Shown: in pieces, positions 37,121 through 46,400 of the stretch
Layout of the letters: each line of letters begins with the position of its first letter
How positions within the stretch are numbered: position 1 is the stretch's first letter
From: Candidatus Latescibacterota bacterium
GTDB taxonomy: Bacteria; Latescibacterota; UBA2968; UBA8231
NCBI GenBank assembly: GCA_964291625.2
Contig: OZ220089.1
Location: forward strand, 2,944,001 to 3,008,000
Direction of reading: 5' to 3'
Length of the DNA stretch: 64,000 nt
Program-made: the position numbers and the translations under genes
The notes under the pieces: model-generated
The model's input: the letters and a program-made list of their open reading frames with translations, nothing else
What the model was told of the DNA's origin: nothing
The model's database searches: none

Positions 37121-37200
37121 GACGCGCCTTCCTTGAACGGGTCGGGGATAAAGAAGGCGCCCCGCTTGAACGCGGCCATCATCGAGGCCCCGCAAGCTCA

Positions 37201-39963
37201 GTGACCTCTGCCGGAACTCCACATCGCAGTCCCGGAGGGCTGACCCCCTGGGTCGTCCCGTGCCTGTTCTTCCTCTCGGGGGCCTGCGGCCTCGTCTACC
37301 AGGTCGTCTGGGCGCGCATGCTCGTCGTCGTCTTCGGGGCCACCATGCTCGCCGTGAGCACGGTGCTGAGCGCCTTCATGGCGGGCCTCGCCCTCGGCAG
37401 CTTCCTCTGCGGACGGTACGTCGACCGCCGCGGAGACGGCGGGGGTCTCGGGCGGCCGTTGCGCATCTTCGCCCTCCTGGAGGCCGGCGTCGGCCTCTAC
37501 GCCCTGGTCTTTCCGGCCCTGGCCGCCGGGATCGGCTCCTCGGCGGCCCTTCTGCAGGCCCTCGGACCCGACGGCGGCGCCCTCGCCCCGGTCCTGCGCT
37601 TCGTCATCACCTTCCTGCTGCTGCTGGTGCCGACGACGCTGATGGGCGCCACCCTGCCGGTGCTGTCGAAGTTCGTCGTGCGCCGGCTGGCGGGCGCGGG
37701 CCCGGGGGTGGGCCTGCTCTACGGGATCAACACCCTGGGCGCCGTGGCCGGCGTCGTCCTGGTCACCTTCTTCCTGATGGAGGCCCTCGGGCTGAAGGGC
37801 AGCACCTGGGTGGTGGCCGCCGCCAACTTCACCGTCGCCGGCCTCGCCCTTGTGGTCGACCGGCGGCTGGCCGCCCCCGCGGCGGAGGACCCGGCCCCCG
37901 ACACCCCGACCGAACCCGCCGGGGCCCCGGGGATCTCTCCCCCCGCGCCGCCCCCCGAAGGCGCCCCCGCGCCGGCGCCCGACACCGGCCTCGAACCGCC
38001 CCGCGGCCGGGGCTCTTCCCCCTCGACGCCGGCCTCGGAGCCGGTCCCCGCGTACCTCGTCGCCGCCGTCATCGCCGCCTTCGGCCTCTCGGGCTTCGCC
38101 GCCCTCGGCTACGAGGTCGCCTGGCTGCGGCTCTTCATCGTCTCCTTCGGCGTCAACACCCACTACGAGTTCAGCATCATCCTCATCGCCTTCCTCCTCG
38201 GAATCTCCCTCGGCAGCCTCGCCTGCAGCCGCTACCTGCGGGCGGAGAGGGACCTGCCCGCCCTCTTCGGGACGATGGAGGTCCTCATCGGCGTGGCGGG
38301 CCTCTGCTCGGTCTCCCTCTTCGCGTGGTGGCCGGAGTGGAGCGGCTGGATGCAGCGGGCCGACACCTGGTGGAGCCACCGCCTGGGGATCTTCGCCGTC
38401 TCCTTCGCCATCATGCTGGTGCCCACCCTGCTCATGGGCGCCCTCTTCCCGGTGGTGAGCCGCATCAACACCCCCCGCCTCGGGCGGCTCGGCCGCGGCG
38501 TCGGCGACGCCTACGCGGTCAACAGCCTCGGCGCCATCGCCGGCGCCGCCGCCACCGGCTTCGCCCTCGTGCCCGCCTTCGGCACCGAGGGGGCCTTCAA
38601 GCTCCTGGGACTCGTCAACGTCGCCGCCGGCCTCGTGGTCCTGGGGCTGCACCAGCGTCACCGGCCCCTGCGGCGCAACAAGGCCGTGGCCGCCGGCGCC
38701 CTGGTCCTCTCCATCGCCGCCCTGGTCCTGGCGCCGGAGGACGTCCTGCGGCGGATCGTGGAACCCCGCAAGCCGGGGGCCGAGCTGGTGTTCTACCGCG
38801 AGGGCCGCGAGGGGGTGGTCACGGTGGCGGCCGAGCCCGGGTACCGGGAGATGAGGTTCAACCGGGGCAGCCAGGTGCCCACCGACTACGGCTCCTTCCA
38901 GGTCTTCCGGCTCCTGGGCCATCTGCCCCTGCTGCTGCACGAGGACCCGCGGGAGGTCCTCGTCATCGCTCTCGGCGGCGGCATCGCCCTGGGGGCCGTG
39001 GCCCAGCACGACCTGGCCCGCGTCGACTGCGTCGAGATGGTCCCCGACATGGTGGCCGCCGCCCGTCAGGAGTACGGCCCCTTCAACCACCGCGTCCTCG
39101 CAAGTCTGGAGGAGCGCCCCATCCACATCACCTTCGACGACGGCCGCAACCACCTGCTGGCCTCGGGGCGTCGGTACGCCGTGATCACCGGCGACGCCAC
39201 CCATCCCACCAGCACCGACAGCTGGATCCTCTACACCCGCGACTTCTACGAGCTGTGCCGGTCGCGTCTGAAGGAGGGCGGCATCTTCGTGCAGTGGCTG
39301 CCCTTCCACGGCCTGCAGGTGGACGACTTCAAGACCGTGCTGCGCACCTTCGGGAGCGTCTTCGAGCACGCCACCCTGTGGCGCACCAACCACTACTCCG
39401 TCATGGTGGGCACCGCGGGGCCCCTGCGCGTCGACCTGGAGGAGCTGGAGGCGAAGTACGACCGCCGCGCCGTGAGGGAGAGCCTCGAGGAGGCGGACCT
39501 GGGGAGCCCCCTCGACGTGCTCAGCTGCTTTCTCCTCGACGAGGACTCCTTCGCCGCCTACGTGGGGGAGGGCCCCGTCAACAGCGACGACCACCCGCAC
39601 CTCAGCTTCGCCAGCCGGCGTGGCTACGGCGCCGACGTGTGGAGGGTCCTGGCCGACCTCGACCGCCACCTGGAGGAGCACCCCCCGGCGCTGGGACCCT
39701 GGCTGGAATACCCGGACGAGGCGGCGCGCCTGGAGATGGAGGCGCTTCTGCAGATCTGGTTCGCGGGCAAGCGCCACGTGCTCAAGGGGGATATCCTGCG
39801 CCTGAGAAAGGACTGGTCCGGGGCCGTGGCCGCTTACGCACAGGCCCTCGAGGCGAACCCCCGCGAGCTGACGGCCCGCCACTTCCGGGAGGAGCTGGAG
39901 GGTCCCTTCCGCGAGCGCCGCCGCCTCCTGGAGCACTTGCCGCAGGTGGGAGGCCACCACTGA
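37201..39963 (+). CDS. Fused MFS-like membrane / spermidine synthase-like methyltransferase with C-terminal TPR
   Basis: FFLSGACGLVYQVVW, LMGATLP, LYGINTLGA (repeated unit), then ALGGG, DCVEM, DDGRNHL, LYTRDFY, GGIFVQWLP. Confidence 0.9.
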   Translation: MTSAGTPHRSPGGLTPWVVPCLFFLSGACGLVYQVVWARMLVVVFGATMLAVSTVLSAFMAGLALGSFLCGRYVDRRGDGGGLGRPLRIFALLEAGVGLYALVFPALAAGIGSSAALLQALGPDGGALAPVLRFVITFLLLLVPTTLMGATLPVLSKFVVRRLAGAGPGVGLLYGINTLGAVAGVVLVTFFLMEALGLKGSTWVVAAANFTVAGLALVVDRRLAAPAAEDPAPDTPTEPAGAPGISPPAPPPEGAPAPAPDTGLEPPRGRGSSPSTPASEPVPAYLVAAVIAAFGLSGFAALGYEVAWLRLFIVSFGVNTHYEFSIILIAFLLGISLGSLACSRYLRAERDLPALFGTMEVLIGVAGLCSVSLFAWWPEWSGWMQRADTWWSHRLGIFAVSFAIMLVPTLLMGALFPVVSRINTPRLGRLGRGVGDAYAVNSLGAIAGAAATGFALVPAFGTEGAFKLLGLVNVAAGLVVLGLHQRHRPLRRNKAVAAGALVLSIAALVLAPEDVLRRIVEPRKPGAELVFYREGREGVVTVAAEPGYREMRFNRGSQVPTDYGSFQVFRLLGHLPLLLHEDPREVLVIALGGGIALGAVAQHDLARVDCVEMVPDMVAAARQEYGPFNHRVLASLEERPIHITFDDGRNHLLASGRRYAVITGDATHPTSTDSWILYTRDFYELCRSRLKEGGIFVQWLPFHGLQVDDFKTVLRTFGSVFEHATLWRTNHYSVMVGTAGPLRVDLEELEAKYDRRAVRESLEEADLGSPLDVLSCFLLDEDSFAAYVGEGPVNSDDHPHLSFASRRGYGADVWRVLADLDRHLEEHPPALGPWLEYPDEAARLEMEALLQIWFAGKRHVLKGDILRLRKDWSGAVAAYAQALEANPRELTARHFREELEGPFRERRRLLEHLPQVGGHH

Positions 39964-40009
39964 GCGGTTGCCCCGGCGGCGGGTCCCGTGCGATGATTGG
40001 ACCCTTCCG

Positions 40010-41143
40010 ATGAAGATCACCGCCTCAGGCTATGTCCACGACGGGCGCGAGGGGCCGCCACACCGCCGCTCCTGCGCCTTCACCACGGCCTGCCTCGCCC
40101 GGGACGGCACCCTCTACGTCACCGGCCGCTGGGGCAGCCGCCGCGAGTCCCTCGACGGCCATCCCTGCATCTTCGCCAGCCGCGACCTCGGCGAGACCTG
40201 GGAGATGCGCCACGACGGCCACGGCCGCTGGGACTGGGACGGCGGTCCCGGGGAGAACAAGTGCCTGGCCCTCACCGAGCTGGCCCCGGGCGAGTTCGTC
40301 TCCACCTCCCTGCTGGTGGACCGCTCGCGGCCTGAGCTGCCCTTCGTCAACCCCCGGACCCAGGGGCTGCTGCCGATGCGCGTCGTGCACGCCACCTCCA
40401 CCGACGGGGGGCGCACCTGGAGCCCGCCGCAGACCATGGCGACGAGTCCCCATCCGGGAGCGTCGACCTGCACCCACGCGGTGATGGCCTTTCCCGACGG
40501 GGTCCTGGCGCAGCCTTACGAGCACTGGAAGGAGTACGACGACCCCACTCCCGGGAAGCCCGGCGCCCTGCTGCGGTTCTCCTTCGACGGCGGCGCCACC
40601 TGGCCCGAGTTCGCCACCGTGGCCCGCCACCCGGAGCACCGCATGGCCTACTGGGACCAGCGGCTGGAGACGCACCCGGAGAGCGGCCGCCTGGTGGCCA
40701 TGTTCTGGACCCACGACTTCGACGCCGGCCGGGACGTGGACTCCCACATCGCCTGGGGATCGGCGGACGGCCGCCAGTGGTCGGAGCCGCGCTCCACGGG
40801 CCTGCCCGGCCAGCACAGCCAGCCCCTCTCCCTCGGCGGCGACCGCCTGGTGGTGGCGTACCCGAGGCGGCAGGACCCGCCCGGCATCGTCCTCTCTATC
40901 AGCGAGGACTTCGGCCAGAGCTGGGACCGGTCGCGCGACCTGGTGGTCTACGACAGCACCGAGGGCACGGAGGCGGGGGTGGGCCTCCGGCGCTCCGACG
41001 CCGACCTGTGGAGCGACATGGAGAGCTGGAGATTCGGCCATCCCCGCGCGGCCCTGCTGCCCAACGGGGAGGTCTTCGTCGTCTGGTACGCGGGCGACCA
41101 CGAGGTCGCGAGCGCCCGCTGGGCCAGGGTTTCGGTGGAGTAG
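40010..41143 (+). CDS. Sialidase-like BNR/Asp-box beta-propeller protein
   Basis: Asp boxes SRDLGETW, STDGGRTW, SFDGGATW, SADGRQW, SEDFGQSW; start set at ATG 40010. Confidence 0.85.
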   Translation: MKITASGYVHDGREGPPHRRSCAFTTACLARDGTLYVTGRWGSRRESLDGHPCIFASRDLGETWEMRHDGHGRWDWDGGPGENKCLALTELAPGEFVSTSLLVDRSRPELPFVNPRTQGLLPMRVVHATSTDGGRTWSPPQTMATSPHPGASTCTHAVMAFPDGVLAQPYEHWKEYDDPTPGKPGALLRFSFDGGATWPEFATVARHPEHRMAYWDQRLETHPESGRLVAMFWTHDFDAGRDVDSHIAWGSADGRQWSEPRSTGLPGQHSQPLSLGGDRLVVAYPRRQDPPGIVLSISEDFGQSWDRSRDLVVYDSTEGTEAGVGLRRSDADLWSDMESWRFGHPRAALLPNGEVFVVWYAGDHEVASARWARVSVE

Positions 41144-41149
41144 CACAAG

Positions 41150-41821
41150 ATGATGAACGACTACGACCTGCGGCTGGTGGAGGACGAGCTGGCCCCCGGC
41201 GCCCGGATCGCCGTGCCGGCGCTGGCCGGCTTCCGTGTCACCTACGTAGCCCATGGCGGCGCGGGGGTGACGCCCGCGGGCGGCGCCGGGCAGGAGGAAC
41301 TGGAAGAGAACTCGGCCCGCTTCGGCGCCGAGGCCTGCGCCGTGAAGGCCGGCGCCGGCGGCGCCACCCTGTGGCGCTGGGAGATGGTGCGCGGCGAGGG
41401 CGGCTGGCGCGCCGAGGGCGAGGAGGCGAGCTGCCACCTCAAGGCGTCACACAACCTGGAGCTGGATCCCGGGCAGGCGTGGATGATGCGCTGCGACCGC
41501 GTCGACTTCCCCCCCGGCGGCATCGCCTACACCCACGTCCACTCGGGACCGGGGCTGCGGTGCCTGTTGCGGGGCGAGCTGATGGTGAGGGTGGAGGACG
41601 GCGAGGAGTGGATGGTGCGCCCCGGGGAGACCTGGTTCGAGCGCGGACCCGACCCGATCTACGCCCGCGCCTCGGAGGAGCCGACGAGCTTCGTGCGCGC
41701 CATGGTCGTTCCGCGGTCCTACAAGGGCCGGACCACCATCACCTACGTGAAGGCCGAGGACGCCGACAAGCCGAAGCCTCAGCAGTACACCCGTTTCGTG
41801 GACGAGTTCATCGACCCATGA
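41150..41821 (+). CDS. Cupin domain protein
   Basis: FPPGGIAYTHVHSGPGLR.LL.G...V..GETWFE cupin motif. Confidence 0.8.
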   Translation: MMNDYDLRLVEDELAPGARIAVPALAGFRVTYVAHGGAGVTPAGGAGQEELEENSARFGAEACAVKAGAGGATLWRWEMVRGEGGWRAEGEEASCHLKASHNLELDPGQAWMMRCDRVDFPPGGIAYTHVHSGPGLRCLLRGELMVRVEDGEEWMVRPGETWFERGPDPIYARASEEPTSFVRAMVVPRSYKGRTTITYVKAEDADKPKPQQYTRFVDEFIDP

Positions 41822-42420
41822 CCGACCTGGTTCTGAATGGAAGAGTCAACTGGTCCGGCGAGCACTGGATCAGCTACCTGCGCCCGCCGGGCGCCTCGGC
41901 CGATACCGGCATGGTCAGCCTCTACAACATGCGCTACACCGAGGCCGGCCACGGCTTCGTCGCCTTTGTCGTCATCGACGACGGCGGCGGCCCCGCCTTC
42001 AAGGGACTGTGCACGGACAACCCGGAGCTGGCCGCCTTCGTCCGCGGGCAGGTCGTCCAAAGCGCCAGCCACCCGCCCTACGACGAGGAGTTGCCGGTGA
42101 TGGAAGCCCGCTTCACCCAGGGCGGCCACGTGACCCGCGACCCCTCGTGGACGATCGCCGCCGGCGGGCGCGAGATCACCGCCCGGTGGGAGCGGATCCA
42201 TCCGGTGGTCATCGCCGCCGGCCCCTGGCCGGGCGACAGCGCCAGCAACTACGTCTGCTCCCTGCTGCACTTCGCCGACGAGTCCTCCATCACCCTGGAC
42301 GGGCGCGCCGTGGCCGGCGAGCCCTACCTGCGGGACATCTGGAGGCCCTCCATCGGCGGCGACCGCAGTTCCTGCGTCTTCGCCATCTCGGAGAGCTTGC
42401 TGACGGTGGAGCTGGAGTGA
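41818..42420 (+). CDS. Hypothetical protein
   Basis: ATGA overlap with cupin stop; coding-like 200 aa tail of ORF 40777-42420 (MTDLVLNG..). Confidence 0.65.
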   Translation: MTDLVLNGRVNWSGEHWISYLRPPGASADTGMVSLYNMRYTEAGHGFVAFVVIDDGGGPAFKGLCTDNPELAAFVRGQVVQSASHPPYDEELPVMEARFTQGGHVTRDPSWTIAAGGREITARWERIHPVVIAAGPWPGDSASNYVCSLLHFADESSITLDGRAVAGEPYLRDIWRPSIGGDRSSCVFAISESLLTVELE

Positions 42421-42553
42421 ACGGGGGGAGGTAGTTGACCTCACGTGCTCAAGAGACCGACCACGCCAAGTCAACTGCGAAGGACCCTACCCCAGTCAGA
42501 GGCAGCGAGCGAGCCCGATGCTCTGTGCACCACTCTTTCCGAGAGGAGTCCCC

Positions 42554-43099
42554 GTGCGGGTATGCCTACCCCTGCTCTTTGTCAGTTTGACCCTGTCCCA
42601 TGCCGAATCCCGCGACTTCATCCCCTTGGCATCCGTGGACAGCCTTCTCGTCCTGAACAACTACGTGACCGACCAGCCACCGTTCGAGGGGCCGGCCCGA
42701 GGTCGCATCCTGAACGCGGAGGGCCGCTGGTGTCAGTTCGTCCAGGTGAAGTCGAAGGAGACCGGCCCGACGTACTTCTACGGTCCCCCGATGACAGGCG
42801 GCGCCAACCTGCTGGCCTTCGACGACCCCCAGTGCATGGCCGCCCCGCCTGACGCCATCGGCGGGATCGCGCAGAGGCTGATCAACCAGCAGCTCGGGAC
42901 CTGGCACCGGGCCGCCTACCGGAAGACGGAGCCGAAACACCTGAAGCCGCCGGGCGGGAAGGGGGCCCTCCGCCAGCTCCGCGGCTGGTGCCTGCCTTCC
43001 ACCGACCGGCCCGGTGACTCGGTGCTGGTGGAGTATGTCGAGAAGCAACCCGGCTTCATCGCCTACGTTGTGCACGGGGTCGGGATGGGTTGCCCGTGA
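42554..43099 (+). CDS. Hypothetical secreted protein
   Basis: AGGAG RBS before GTG 42554; signal peptide ..LTLSHA|E; four Cys in mature part. Confidence 0.55.
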   Translation: MRVCLPLLFVSLTLSHAESRDFIPLASVDSLLVLNNYVTDQPPFEGPARGRILNAEGRWCQFVQVKSKETGPTYFYGPPMTGGANLLAFDDPQCMAAPPDAIGGIAQRLINQQLGTWHRAAYRKTEPKHLKPPGGKGALRQLRGWCLPSTDRPGDSVLVEYVEKQPGFIAYVVHGVGMGCP

Positions 43100-43432
43100 T
43101 GGAGCCGAGTGGTCGCTGTCAGGGTCTCCATGGAGCATTTCGAACGCCCGCAGGGCGCCGTAGAGGCGCTTGACGGTAGGGATGGAGAGCGTGGAGCGGA
43201 CGGCCCGCAGGGGATCAATCGATCCCGGGTTCAAAGGGCTCTTTCCGGGAAACGGTCCTTTGAGTGGTGAATTCTAGGATGACGCACCTTGACCCCGACG
43301 GCTGCTGCACCGACCGTACTCGCTGAAGATCGAACTCAAACCTATCCCAAAGACAGACAAGCCTTCCCCCGGCGGCGGCCTAGTGGATAGCCCCCGCCGG
43401 CATCCACCACTCCATACCCAGGAACGCAGCTG

Positions 43433-46400
43433 ATGTCGGCCATTGCTGTGCAGGTGTCAGAGCTCAAAGAGGCCCTCCTCTCAGCTCCCCCTGAAGCTGT
43501 GGAGCATCTTGCTGGAGTACTCCTTGGGCGCCTACTCGGTGTGCAGTTCCGATTCGCCCGGCGGGGGAGCCAGAGAGGGGGGGACGGAGGCGCGCAAGGA
43601 ACCGCCGGGCGAGATCTCATCTACGAAGCACGCCGGTATAGAGATTGCACGCCGTTGCGTGACCGGGAGATCCGAGGCGAGATCGACGAGGCAGTAGAGC
43701 GGAATCCTGACCTTGAGTTGTGGATGCTCATCACAACCCGAGCGGTATCCGAACAAACCCATACCGCGATGGAGGGTGCGGCCCGGCCTCGAGGAGTCAG
43801 CACTCTAATCCTAGATTGGACCCCCGAGTCTCTACCCACACTTGCAGTGCTCTGCAGCATAGACCCGCAATCTGTAGAGACAGCCATTGGTGAGGGCCAT
43901 CGAGACTGTCTCGAAGCTATCAACCGGTCCTCGGAAGCTCGGACAGCTCTGCAGGGCATCCGATCCCAGTTGGAGCAATGGGCCGTAGGTTTCGAGCTGC
44001 TCCGTCGACTTAGCCATGAGCGAGTGCGGGACATCTGGCAGTGCCCCTCCTCGGCAATGGCACTCTTCAATCAGAATGTAGCCGGCGGCGCCAATCCGGA
44101 CTCCCACGTCGAGCGCGCCCCCGCTATGGAGCAGCTGGATAGTTGGCATGCAGAAGAAGAGAATCGGCCTGCCGTGGTGACCGGATCGGAGGGAATGGGA
44201 AAGACTTGGGCAGCGATCGACTGGCTGCAAGCCAGGCTTCAGAGCCTGCCCATCGTAGTCCTCGTTCCCTCCTCCTCACTCCATTCTCCGATCACCACAC
44301 GCGCTGAGTTGATAGCCTTCATTGCACGCCTGGTTCGGGATCTCGATCCCGAAGCTGAGCGGGATCAGGCCTTCTGGGAAGGCCGGGTGAGAAGGCTGCT
44401 ATACCGGCCCACTGAGGAAGGGCCAGTCTTCCTGCTGTATTTCGATGGTCTAAATGAACGGCCTTCTCTTGATTGGCCTGCAGTGTTCAATTGCCTGCAG
44501 GATGAAGTCTTCGGTGGCCGAACCCGAATCCTTGCTTCCGCACGCAAGACCTTCGTCTCCGAGCGTATGGGGGACTTTCGAAACGTCTACCAAGAGCCCG
44601 TTCGGCTCGAGGTTGGCCACTATGACACGGCCCCTGGTGGTGAATTTGACAGAAAGCTTGCGGCAGAAGATCTGCTTCTCGCAGAGTTCCCGGAGTCACT
44701 CCTCCGCTTGGCGTCGGTTCCTCGAATGTTTGATCTAGTTGTCCAACTAAGGGACAGACTCGGTGCTGTCGAGGGGGTGACTCTCCATCGCCTCCTCTGG
44801 GAGTATGGGGCGTCTGCCATCGTAGCTTCTACTTTTGGTCCCTCTCGCTGGAGTGAGTTCATTCTTGAACTGGCGGGCAAGTTTCTTGAGCGGAGTCAAC
44901 CCAAGTGGAGCGATGTGGAGCAGTTCAGCGCAGGCGCCGCAAGTACTCCCGATCAGATCTACGTCCGGGTATCGACAGTCGTGGACAGCGTATTCGCCAA
45001 CCTCGACCGAGACGGTGACCTGACGTTTGAGCCGGACTTCGTTCACCACTCACTGGGACTTGCACTCGTCAAGAGGCTGGAGAGCACGTCGCTCGAAGAA
45101 CCGAGTGAGGAATTGGACGGCTTCCTCCAGCCCCTTGGCGCCTACGACGAAGCGGCCGAGATCCTACGGGCCGCGATTTCCATTACACTGGCAAGACAGT
45201 CGGAGGGGCAACGGCCGTCCTTTCTGGGAGCCCTCTGTACTTCATGGGTGCAAATGCAGAACTTGCCCGACCATCACTTGGACGAACTCGGAGTGTTAGC
45301 TCACGAGATGGTCGAGCCATTGCTGGAGGCCGTTGAGAGGTCCCCGGGACCTGCACTCTCTTCGCCACGGTACATTGCGATTAACGCCCTGGCGACTGTG
45401 GACAAGGGAAGCCCAGCCGTGGCTCGTACCATCGCTGATCTTGCCTCCCGCTGGCAAAGAGTCATTTCCTTGGAGCGCGCCAGGCACAGCGCCGATAGAA
45501 GCGGAGACTCGGAGTACACATGGCGGCGCGATCTTCTTGAGGAGCGCATCGGCACGGCTGAGGTCGGCTCCGTGTTGGTCTTGGGCACCGAGATTCAGAT
45601 CGTAGAAAATGGGGACCCAGAGCTTCCTTTGGTAGCCGCACAACTCCTGCAGGGTCGGCCACTCGTGGAAGCCATTCAGTTTCTGGAAGCGGGCGCCATT
45701 CATCAGGCAATCACGGGCACTCCCCAGGAAGCACAGAGCTGGCTCAATTCTCTCAACGTGCTCGACCCCGTTGAGACTGCAGAGAGGCTGCGATCCCGGT
45801 CCATCCAACTCAGGTCGTTCGTCCCCGAAACAGGAGTCCACTCCGATCTCCCGAAGCGCGTTGCGGCTCTTCTCCTCTGGCGAACCGGCTTTGAGGAGGA
45901 TGCCAGGAGTGCGGCCGAACTTGATCCTCCGATGGAACGTCCGTTGTCATATGAAGAGGCTTACCTGAGTGATCCGGCAGCTTCATTGTCCTACCCCCTT
46001 GAACGGCGACACGCGCTGCATGCATTGAGCAGGCAGGATTTGCCCGCGCGCTACCGAGTCAATCGCGCTGAGGACGCGATAGTGGATCCGAGCTTTTCGG
46101 TGCCCGACTTACTTGCCTCCGAGCTGGTTACAGAAGTGGAAGCGCTCAACTTCGACGAAGTGAACACGGGGACTTCGAGGACTAGGGAGGACCTCCTGTG
46201 GTCTGACTTGTCCCTTGGGCTCGCGCGCTGCGCACCTGAGGAACTCTCTCGCATTGAGCGGCAACGGATGCGCGGATACAGCCAGCGAAGTGGTCAGTCT
46301 CGGTTTGCGGCGGCCCTGGCGACATTGGATGCCATGTTGCTTGTTACGGAAGGGGAACGGCTGGCCATGCGACGGCTCCGTGGAGATGCGCCGGAGGGTA

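Noticed and set aside
42431-42478. 9 bp imperfect inverted repeat gtagttgac...gtcaactgc as a possible integron attC site
   Set aside because: Orientation is GTT...AAC rather than RYYYAAC...GTTRRRY, single copy, no integron integrase
43222-43240. cccgggttcaaa resembling a tRNA T-arm near the island edge
   Set aside because: No complementary T-stem, acceptor stem or CCA; not a tRNA
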